Part shown: positions 12,901 to 24,900 of the stretch, piece by piece
Layout of the letters: each line of letters opens with the position of its first letter
How positions within the stretch are numbered: position 1 is the first letter of the stretch
DNA from: Tubiluchus corallicola
Lineage: Eukaryota; Animalia; Priapulida
Length of the DNA stretch: 58,185 bases
NCBI GenBank assembly: GCA_030141605.1
Contig: JAQGDQ010001162.1
Span: 1-58,185, forward strand
Direction: 5' to 3'
Program-made: the position numbers and the translations under genes
The notes under the pieces: generated by a model
Told to the model about the DNA's origin: nothing
The model's input: the letters and a program-made list of their open reading frames with translations, nothing else
Database searches by the model: none

Positions 12901-15900
12901 GTGAATTGCGCTGTACCATAAATCTGCAGTACAAATGGGCGTGACTGAAATATGAGCCTAGGGTGTCGAGATACGCCCTCGATTGCTAAGCAATACAAAA
13001 TGACTGCTAAATGTTTGTTTTTCAGGTTGGATGCTGAAAACGATGAAGGGGGTGGAGACACATCTCCACAGTCCTCTCTCATCCATTCACAAGCACGGAA
13101 TGATCGTAGCAGAGCAGTTATCAAAGAAACTCACACCAGGGGGCCAATCGCTAAAGTTTGAGGTCAAATTTATTAGTATTTTTTATTATATTCCAGTTTT
13201 ATTGTTTGTTTTCGAGTTTTAGATATAAAATAATTTTCTATTATCTGTCAGAAGTTTTTATGTTGTGCTTAAACTTCTAAAAATTGTATATGATTTCAAT
13301 AATTAATTAGATTATGACTGTGATTGTTGGTGTGTGTAATAATTGCTAAAAATAAACCGCAGTGGATTCAGTGGCGGATTTAGGGCGTGGGACCTGGGCC
13401 CGCCCTTTCATAGTAACAGTTACAGCACCCCAAGTGAATATTTTCTCAGGATTATAAGCTTTAGAGCGTCTAGTGGTAGCTTTTAATGACTTATATCAAG
13501 TAAATAGTTCTACATTAATGATTTCAGTGTAAAAACGTTTGTGCCCTTTAAGTAATAATTGGAAATTTTGGCAAAGATGTCGCTGTGCGCAATTATATGC
13601 TGCAGCTATACTAAGGAGTATGCTAGTATGTTGGTGTGTAATTAAGAGTCAAAAGTTTGAGGTGACATAACGAGTTTTAAACTATTGAATTTGCTTAAGG
13701 AAATAGTAAGAAAAATGGTCTAAAATGCAACAAAATGCATTGGTAGACGGGGTTCCCCAGTCGCCCTAGCTGCTTTTTCTTTGGCCCACCCTTTTTCTAA
13801 AGCCTGTATCCACCGCTGAATGAAGACTTAAGACAGCATTTAATCGATACAAAGTTTCAAGACGAATTTTTTACACAAATTTTATGAAGACTGTTTTCTT
13901 GTGCTGTAACAGAATTTTTCATTGGGCTCGTCTTGTATTCCTCGACTGCTGTAATGCACTGACTGACTGACTGGCTGACTACTGTAATGCATGTCACATT
14001 ATACTACATAATGAAGCCTCACGAAATTCAGGAGGAGCTTGGATTGACACGTATTCGCGATCGTACTGAATTGAGAGACACATTCGCAAATGCAGTCATA
14101 TTGTAATTAATTATTGAAATCGTATACAGTTTCTAGAAGTTTCTAAGAAATAAGTATTCAGTTCAATTTTTTTCTAGTACGAAGAAGACGAGGAATCAAG
14201 ACAGTTGGTGATGCTCACAGTACCGCCTCCCGATCCTGGTGTGCATTCATCAGAATTCATCACAGGCGCCTCAGACGCATCCGAGGTTCGTTCACAGGTC
14301 ACCCATCCATCAGAAAACAAAAATGAAGTCACTAACTCTGAATCTTGCGAGGATGTTAAAAATGCGGAAGATAACCAATCGAATTTAGACAGGTAATTAT
14401 AATTACAGGTGTGCTTAGTTAAGTCACCTAATTTTCTTTCTGTTATTGTGAATATTATGGGTTAATGTGTGTTGCTGAAACTTCTTTTAATCAAGTTCCA
14501 CTTAAACTAAAGCAATATTGCAAGGCTTGTTGAGTACACTGTGAAATACTTAGGTAAATACTGTTGCCTTGAGTCGTGATACTCGTGAATTTATATTGAC
14601 CCACAAGTTAAGTAATTCTTCTCAACAGCTGAGGGTTCAAATCAGAATTTTGGTGAGGCTTTTGCAATTAATTTGAATTACAGATTGTCATGACTGACTA
14701 CATGTTGATCGTTGTTTTGACATATTGTTTGAATTGTTTTGAGTATTGAATTACTGATTGCTGATTTTATTAAAGGAAGATTGTTTAAATTCAATCTCAT
14801 TTTAATTTACTGTCAAAAATATACATTTTCTTGCCTATAAAAGTTAACAATTGTTTCTTATATTTGAATAATTAGCTTAGAAAGTTAATTAACGGCAACC
14901 GAACACAGCTATTGCTTACATCAGAAACTAACCACAGTTTGTGTGTAATGGCAGGCATCTTCCCTTATGCATCAAGCACATTTGCATAAGTGCTACAGTA
15001 CTGCTTAAATGCATGATGTCACGAAAAATGGGCATTACATCATATGACGTCAGAAACTAACACAGCAGTTCATGATCATTGTTATCATGGTACCGCCTTC
15101 TATTTATCGGCCACGCGCATGTGACAAAAAGGCGCCGCTGCCAATCTTGGTACATTCACTGAGCAGCGCCTAACTTTGAAAGTTTAACAAAATTTGAGTA
15201 TCCGAGGTAATTACTATTTAATCTAAGCTTTGACTTTAAAATAAGCTATTGTAGTTTTCAATATTTTAGAGCATTCTTTATTCTCAACTTGTGCCTACAC
15301 AACCATCCGGCTTTCCTTTAAATAATATTGATTTCAGTGACGATGATTTGGAATCGTACGACATGTCGCATGACAAACCAGTCAGCAAAAACCAGCCACC
15401 GGTCTACATACGAGACTGTATTGATGGTACGCTTAATTAGTTTGAAATGGTTATTTAGTTAAATAATTATTATGTGGTAGTGCAACGAGTCATCGAATTG
15501 TTTTAAAATTTTCAACCTCTGCGTCTGCTCGGCTGAAATTTGTGACAAATTCCCAAAGTCCGTCAATTTCTGGTGCAGGGAATATCCTTTTCTGAAAACG
15601 CTAATTTTTGTACTTGCAAATCAAAACCGTCCACAAGTCGGCGTAGTTAAAACTACGTTACGATGCTTCAAAGTAGAAAGTACCAAAAATTTGGTCAAAT
15701 GTAGATTTTTTATTTTTTATGAAAACAAATGCTAAATATGTTGAACTTTTATATTCTAGCATCAAATTATCAAGAAAGTGTTCAAAAAATACTAAAAATC
15801 TAACTTTATGACCCCATGCCCACTTTTCCAGCTAGAAGCTAGTACTGCAATTGTAAAAAAACTTGTATTTTCAAACTCTGACAATAGCTCATGGAAACAA

Positions 15901-18900
15901 AAATTTTGTTTCGTATTTTTTCTGTTGACAAGACCAGATCTTGGTCAGGAAGAGCCATCTACTGGATTTAAACATAACTTCAATTTGCTCTTGTAAAGTC
16001 CGTAGCAACCAACATTTGTACGGTTACTAAGTGTTTTGTAGAAACGTAACAAAAAACAATGACTAACTTTAACAGTGATTTTCTCAAGATTATGTTTTTC
16101 AGTGTGCAGCCTGCACCTCAACTTCAACTTGGATTATCTCAGCTTAGAAGTTACATAGAGCGATGAACTTGGTATCAAAATGATCCTCATGAAATGGAGA
16201 TTCAGAATGTGTGAATAACTAGAAAAACTTAATTACCGACTTATGGACAATTGTGCTATGCAAGCACACATTTGTGTTTTGATAATTGTTGGCCAATTTT
16301 CGAATCTTTTGCTCCTCTCTACATTTGGGCTGTTATTTCATACTAAATTTCATGCAGCTTATGACACCAGTTCCACACAAAACCTTTTCTTTAATAAAGC
16401 TAAAAAATTTGTCTTGAAAATTTGCTTCATCTTCATACTGGCTTATTGTGCACAAGCATTAGCAGTAGCGTTGTGTAAGCATTAGCAGTAACGTTGTGTG
16501 AGCATTAGCAGTAACGTTGTGTAAGCATTAGCAGTAATGTTGTGTAAGCATTAGAGTCGCGTTGTGTAAGCATTAGCAGTAATGTTGTGTAAGCATTAGC
16601 AGTAGCGTTGTGTAAGCATTAGTAGTAGCGTTGTGTAAGCATTAGTAGTAACGTTGTGTGAGCATTAGCAGTAACATTGTGTGAGCATTAGCAGTAACAT
16701 TGTGTAAGCATTAGCAGCAACGTTGTGCACAAGCATTGGCAGTAACGTTGTGTAAGCATTAGCAGTAACGTTGTGTAAACATTAGCAGTAACGTTGTGTA
16801 AGCATTGAAAATTTAAATTTCCGTGATGACCGTTAAACGCAGTCGTTTTAATGATAAGTCATTTGAAACAAGTTTAGATAACTCCTTTTTCTTCTCTTCT
16901 TACTTACATTACATGCTTACACCTTTATTTCACCCTCTTTTCATCTCTTTTCATTGCACATCTCCTTTATCCTGCCGTTAACAGCTAACAACACGCCATG
17001 CATTGCAGTGGGACTTTCCAAGTTCCAGCTTTTACCTCTAGCTGCAAACAGTTACATCATTTGTTCACTAATCAATTGCTCACTTGATAAGTAATTGTAG
17101 TAATTCTGTTTTCCGTTTATGCTGTTGTATGTAATATATCTGCGTATGTAATTATAATGGTGTTTTTTTGGCTAATAACATTGCGCAAAGTTTGAAAAAA
17201 TAATGACAGCTTTTGTAGCACACTCTTTACTGACTAAGCAAAAATGTAAATTAGTTTTGTTGCCATGGAGATTTGACAATATATTTTTGGTGATCCAGTG
17301 TCATTTTTTGGTGCACACTGCGATAACGAAAAGTGGCATTTGAACCAGGTGAATTTTAAATTACTAAGAATTTTCTTTTCTAATTACATAAATCTTTCAA
17401 ACAGGTAAGCGTAATGGAACATAATATAACTCTGTGTGAAAAGTTTTTTTGGGATAAATTTTAAAATTCCCTTTTTTCCATTTAAAAATTCATGCGCATC
17501 CATTATGATAATTCGTTTGTTTCTTTGTTCGTTTTTCAATGTGGCCATTCATTTGCTCTTTTTTCATTCGTTCTTTAATCTGCTTTCGTATTTCCGTTTG
17601 CTCATTTGTTTGTTTGTTCTTCTGTTCATCCACTTTCTCTTCACTTACTTGTTGTTTTGTTCACTCCCCTTTGTTTTTCATGAATTATTTAAACATATTT
17701 ACTATTTAAACGTATTTATTATTTAAACGTATTTATTAAATCATCTGCTTGCTCACTGTTTAGGGTTGATTAGCACGGAGGATCCTTGCAGAACTGAAGT
17801 TTGCTTAAAAGCTGCCGAGGCGTTAATAGTGAAGGAAGGAAAATTTATTGACATCGAGGTAAGAACGTTAGGAGAATGTCTAGAGAACACTTACAACTAG
17901 ACATCCTTTAGTAGAAAAGCATACTAATGTATCTCTGTTTGCTTGACAAAAGCATTATATATACACTTACATCTCGGTTTGTCGGAAGTGGAGTGAGATT
18001 CTTAGATTTTGCCAATTGTCCGTATTTATTGTTACAAGGCTAGTACAGTGGCGCTGTGTATTAGACTCACGGTAATGTAGAATCAATCGCCAAATTGTCT
18101 CAAAAACGTCTAGTACGGGCCGCTCCTAACATATTAGACTCACGGTAATGTAGAATCAATCGTCTAATTGTCTCAAAAACGTCTAATACGGGCCGCTCCT
18201 GACATATTAGACTCACGGTAATGTAGAATCAATCGTCTAATTGTCTCAAAAACGTCTAGTACGGGCCGCTCCTGACATATTAGACTCACAGTAATGTAGA
18301 ATCAATCGCCTAATTGTCTCAAAAACGTCTAGTACGGGCCACTCCTGACATATTAGACTCACGGTAATGTAGAATCAATCGTCTAATTGTCTCAAAAACG
18401 TCTAGTACGGGCCGCTCCTGACATATTAGACTCACGGTAATGTAGAATCAATCGTCTAATTGTCTCAAAAACGTCTAGTACGGGCCGCTCTGACCATATT
18501 AGACTCACGGTAATGTAGAATCAATCGCCTAATTGTCTCAATAAAGTCTAGTACGGGCCACTGCTGACATATTAGACTCACTGTAATGTAGAATCAATCG
18601 TCTAATTGTCTCAATAAAGTCTAGTATGGGCCGCTCCTGACATATTAGACTCACTGTAATGTAGAATCAATCGCCTAATTGTCTCAATAAAGTCTAGTAT
18701 GTGCCACTCCTAACATATTAGACTCACGGTAATGTAGAATCAGTCGCCTAATTGTCTCAAAAATGTCTAGCACAGGCCGCGCCTCTGTACAAGTATATAA
18801 AAACTGTTGGCAGTTGACTCAAATAAGTCCACATTAATTGATTCTGTTATTTTTATATATAGAGATTTACACGTGGTTACACTGATGTACGTGATGTAAG

Positions 18901-21900
18901 CAAAGTAACGCCCTGCCAACTAGCAGTCACTTTATGAGAGAAAGGAGATGCTAAAAAATTGTTGACTAGTTGGTATTTGAACCCAAAACCTGGGATTAGT
19001 ACACCCACGCTCTACCACCTATGCTACCCAGCCCAGCGTGACAGAGCAGGCTTCCTCCCTGTAGCACCTGTACCCATGACAGTAGAGGAATACTTATGGT
19101 GTCAATATTTTCCCAAATAGCTGCCAACCGCTTACCTTAGTTTAGATTCTAATCTAATCTAATCTAGTCTGGACTTGACTCTTCTGAATTAGACCCAACT
19201 AGACCAGACTGAACTGGATACAGACCTTAGTTGGTCCAAACTGTGACTTGACTGGACTGGACAGGGCTGGACAGGACTGAGTTAGATTGAATTAAATTGG
19301 CGTGGGTTCGATTCTGGATTCACGTTGTACATTTCAGTTTGGTTTGATTAACCTACATTAAAACTGATGGGATCTCATACATGCATCATGTTTTGCAGTT
19401 AACACAATAAAACATTTAAAACATTTAAGATCGGCTATGAATATTTAAGATCAACTGTCTTTATCAATGACCCACCCTTAAAATTGTGTGAAATGTAATC
19501 TAAAATCTTTAGTGATTATTAATTTTAATTTTTAGTACATGTTTGGTATAATGAAAAGCACATTACTACGTACCTTTTTTAACATTTTAGAACGGTCATC
19601 CAATATTGCCGAATTGTAACTGTGAATTTCGATTTGAGCCTGTTGAACACTTTTTGTTACACTGCCCATTGCATCAACTAGCTAGGGTTGTTATGTTTGA
19701 TAGATTAAATGCAATACTTCTGCCCGAAAACCTTAATATAGCTGCCTTAGGAAATAATGATCTGTTGAAGTTGTTATTATTCGGAAAAGATGAATTTAAC
19801 TATGTTGCTAACTGTAAAATATTCCAATGTATACATGACTTTATATTACGTATTAAACGCTTCCAGTAGTTTCTATCTGATATGAAATGCATTAGTCTTA
19901 AATATTCGTACATCAATATTTTCTAGCCGTCATTTTCTACTAATGTCTAATGTAATCTTACAGTAAAACTTGTCAGCTTATGTAATTATAGTCTATTCTT
20001 ACTGAAAATGTTACTAATGTCTAATGTAATCTTGCAGTAAAACTTGTCAGCTTAGGTAGTTATAGTCTATTATTACTGTAAATGTTACTAATGTCTAATG
20101 TATTCTTGTAGTAAAACTTGTCAGCTTGTGTAGTTATAGTCTATTCTTACTGTAAATGTTACTAATGTCTAATGTATTCTTGTAGTAAAACTTGTCAGCT
20201 TGTGTAGTTATAGTCTATTATTACTGTAAATGTTACTAATGTCTAATGTATTCTTGTAGTAAAACTTGTCAGCTTGTGTAGTTATAGTCTATTCTTACTG
20301 TAAATGTTCTTTTAAATAGTGTATAAAGTCTGTTGTGGTGAGGATCCTAAATCATGTTGTTCAAACTGTCTGATCCAATCCTATAATAAATTATGTTTAA
20401 ACTAAACTAACATTTTAAAAAATTTTACTGCTACATAAAATGAATTTGATACGGCGATTAAACAGAATTAAATTAATTGCATTACAATTGAATTACTGTC
20501 TTCGTGTTTTCTGTTCTAATAGGTAGCTGTGGAAGTAGCAAAAGTTTTGCTGCATTTGAACGACAGCTTTCACACCGAAGACTTTGCCGTGCTACGTCAC
20601 AAGGCAATGGTTGCCATAGCAACGGCGTTTCCCAAACCGGTGGCAAGGTACCTGACTGAACAATTTTATGAAAGGAATTATAACCTCCGTCAACGGATGG
20701 ACGTGTTAGAAGTGAGTTGAAAATTCTGCTGCTAATTATTTAATACTTTATTAAATTCACAGCGCCCGATAACTGGAATAAAATAAGTGCCCAAGTAAAA
20801 ATACACAAAACTATTTATAGTTTCAAAAAGTACTTGAAAAGGACCATTTTAGATTCATACTTATAATACAATTTTAATGGTTCCATGTCTCATGGAGTCA
20901 CAGCGCCCGATAACTGGAATAAAATAAGTGCCCAAGTAAAAATACACAAAACTATTTATAGTTTCAAAAAGTACTTGAAAAGGACCATTTTAGATTCATA
21001 CTTATAATACAATTTTAATGGTTCCATGTCTCATGGAGTCACAGCGCCCGATAACTGGAATAAAATAAGTGCCCAAGTAAAAATACACAAAACTATTTAT
21101 AGTTTCAAAAAGTACTTGAAAAGGACCATTTTAGATTCATACTTCATAAAATCGATGATATATTTCTGCTTGCTTGAGGCCTCGTATTATTTATAATAAA
21201 TTATGATGATAATTCTTTTCCTAAAATTCTTAACTATCGCTTTATAATTTACGACTTTCACACTTGTGTGCGGGAGAATACGTGGTGGTGTTGTCCTCAA
21301 AGTTATAAGAAACTAACAACGTTTATTGCAAAATATTGATTGCACCCTTAATATTTACGTAAAAAGCATTAAAGCACAAGAAACCTTCCACTTACATAAA
21401 ACTTAAAAAATTCGTCTCGAAATTTTATACCACTTACGTACTACCTTTTCATATGCATGGCTTGCATTGGCCGTAACGTTGTATAAAACTTTTAAATTTA
21501 AACTCCCGCGATGACCGTTAGACGCAGCCATTTTAACGGTAGGTCGTTTGAAATAAGTTCAGATAACTTGGCGAAAAACTACCGCTGTAGGTCTTCAACT
21601 GAACGAAAGAGGCAAAAAAAAATCACAAGAAATTATTAGAATTACTAAACAAATTTTTTTTGCTTATATATAGACATGTCTGCATATGTTCTATTGTGAT
21701 ATCCTTTTCATGTTATAAACAAAATACTCCTCAAAAATAAGTTTACTAGTTCTAGTAATTCCCAAGTGTGTATCAAGACTTTACACCACCCTAGGCTGAT
21801 AGTTTTGTCCCATCTCTATTGTGACTTTTTAGTTGTTTATGTAATGAGTGGATTTAATAATTACTTGTGGTGTATTAGAAACACTATTAACCTAGTTTCT

Positions 21901-24900
21901 ACATTGTCATTATTAATTACATGTATATGCATAGTGTTCATATTCAAGCCGGCTGCACAACTGCTTGTTGTGTAATACCTTGCACCTGTTCGTTATGTGG
22001 CACTTATATAAAGCTGACCTCATTAACTGCCTGTGGCGTGTTATAAAATGTGCACTTTACATGAACATGAAAGTATGCACATTTTTCGAGGCGAATAAGA
22101 ATTTTTTCTGAAATGTGACGCCCACAAACTTTGGCGCCAGAGGCTATAGCCTAGTTAGCCTGTTGGTTGATATGCTCCTGGTAATTCCTCGTAATTTTTT
22201 CTCTTTTTCATAATTTTTTTGTTCACGAGAACAACTGCAGCAGTAGTTTGAAACATCCCAAATTTCTTTTTCATTGTTTTTTAATTGTAGGGTAAAATTA
22301 TTCGTTGTCACTGCTTTTGTCAGTAAACATTGATTTGCGTGATGTTTCTCAATACAGGTGTTAGCTTCAGCTGCGCAGTCGCTGTCCCAACCACACCACG
22401 GGAAAAGCCAGCTGCTGTCAGAACGGGATACTTCCGACCGCGCCCGCCTACCTTTACCCACGACTGAAAACTGGAGAGAGATCGTACAGCAGAGAATAGA
22501 AAGCAAGACGCGGAGATTCGGCAAGGTCGAACTTTTCAAAATGTGTCGAAATATGTTAGAGCACAACCTTCTGTCAGATTGATTTTTACCTCATTTCTAA
22601 CGTTACTGTCGTCACCATGGCAACGGGGTTCCAGTCCAAAGATAAATGAAAAGAATTGCCAATCACTCTTTTTGATTCATATAAGAGTTTGCTGAGATTT
22701 GTGGAAAATTTAAAAAGAAAAATAGAAAGGAAAGCGTAGGGTGACTTATGGGACACACTGTATTTATCTGTCAGACAGTTTGGTAGTAGGTTTTTCGTTT
22801 AAGTTATTACTACCTCTTATAATTGAAATTTATTCGTAATTCAGAAGAGAAGCAGTCACGCGGAACCACTTTCATCGGAAAACAGATTTGCGTCGGTCGC
22901 AGGAGAATTCTATTTTCCGCTCCTCCAGAAGTACGACAGGTAAACGTTTTTCTCTTCCGTTAAACAGCGATTCTCGACCTTCTTTCCCCCCGTGCACCCC
23001 GTTTCACCGTTACGTGTCACAATGCTGCTTCACTTTGCAAAGTATGTCTGATTCTATATTAGTTCACTCAAAATTTACCGTATTTATTCGTGTATAACGC
23101 GCAAACTTTTCTACCTAAAAAAGAACTCAAAGTATGGGTGCGCATTATAAACGAGGGCTGGGGTAACACGCTTAGATGTATCAATATACTATTTGTGCAA
23201 TGACTCATTAGTCGAAGATATCGCTGACCACAATGGCAAAACATTGAATGCAGCCACATCTCTCCACCCACAAAACGCCTATGGTCTATTTTTAGTAACA
23301 GTATCCAAAGCACGTGCGTGGAGGATCTAAAAATAAATGCGCAGAATGTATTTGCGCATGTTTGCAGATTTTTGTGACACATAAGCAACAAGACAAGTGT
23401 TGCACGATATTTGCGCAATCATCGCAGAATTTTTGCAATGGGTTGATCATTTTATGAGCATTTAACGGAATTTACATAGAAAGTCATGCGAGACACGGAG
23501 ATTCTCCAAAATGTTGAAAAACTAGTTCCAAACTTGTCATTCCCAAAAGTGACTCAAAAATGTTCTCGGCATTTTAGCGAATTCTGAAATTGTTGGCGAG
23601 CACAACAAAGAATTGACGACATATTTGCACATCTTTGGCGCACGTTCACTGTTCAGACAACTTTGCAACAATTCGGAGAAGTTTTGGTGAGCTGGCGAGT
23701 TTTGCAACACCGGCAACAAACTCTAAACTTTTTTAAAATTTTTGCCGAAGCCAGACAGCTTTTGGTGACAGCTTTGAAGACCCGCAAATGTTTTAAAATT
23801 TGCGAGACTTTAAAAATTTCAGATAGTCGTAAAAGTCATGAGCCCCGTGAAACCCTTGAGTTTCTATTTTGAAAGTTTCAAGTTGGTTTTCATATTTTCC
23901 TGTTTTGATCCAAAGAAAAAAAGTTTTTGTTAAATTGACGTCATTGTTTGGTCACAAGCAAATCTGTGTACAGGGTGACTCAATAAATGTTTGTTTGTTA
24001 GGAAAGATCGAGCCGCCCTCGATTTACTCGATGAGGATTCTCTGTGTACAGGGTGACTCAATAAATCTTTGTTTGTTAGGAAAGATCGAGCCACCCTGAA
24101 TTTACTTGGTGAGGATTCTCTGTGTACAGGGTGACTCAATAAATCTTTGTTTTTTAGGAAAGATCGAGCCACCCTGAATTTACTTGGTGAGGATTCTCTG
24201 TGTACAGGGTGACTCAATAAATCTTTGTTTGTTAGGAAAGATCGAGCCACCCTGAATTTACTTGGTGAGGATTCTCTGTGTACAGGGTGACTCAATAAAT
24301 CTTTGTTTTTTAGGAAAGATCGAGCCACCCTGAATTTACTTGGTGAGGATTCTCTGTGTACAGGGTGACTCAATAAATCTTTGTTTTTTAGGAAAGATCG
24401 AGCCACCCTGGATTTACTCGGTGAGGATTCTCTGATTTTGGGTCGACTTGTCTACACTTTGGGTGTCGTCTTGCACGCCGCCGTACACACACCTGTAAGT
24501 GTAATCGGTGCCATTTCTTTTCTTTATTTTCTTGTGCATGAAAATCTTAGTAAATGAAATTATTAATTTTCAAAAGTTAAAATTTTGAAATTGAATCAAA
24601 TCAACAGTTATTGAGTCGAATTTTTTCAAATTGAATTTGAATCAAATAGGTATTTACAGTAAAGTCAACCTCAAGTTTGAGATACTTGCTTATAAGAGAT
24701 ACTCGTTTATAAGGGACCACCAACACTGGTCCCGATTTTTTGTAACGTTTTTCCTGTATAAAAATCTTCGTATATAAGGTACTCGGATATAGGGGACTTT
24801 CGGTTGTAAGGGACGATATCTTCAGGTCCCGGGTAATAAAAACCCAGGTAAATTACCTCGCATATAAGGTACACTATGATCAAAGTGAAATTGATCCATT

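Noticed and set aside
18964-19033. Functional tRNA gene
   Set aside because: Acceptor, anticodon and T stems have mismatches and the anticodon loop is non-canonical; kept only as tRNA-derived.
24053-24079. 27-nt GT-AG micro-intron inside each 78-bp unit
   Set aside because: Below the usual minimum intron length for animal spliceosomes; only 105-nt or longer combinations considered plausible.
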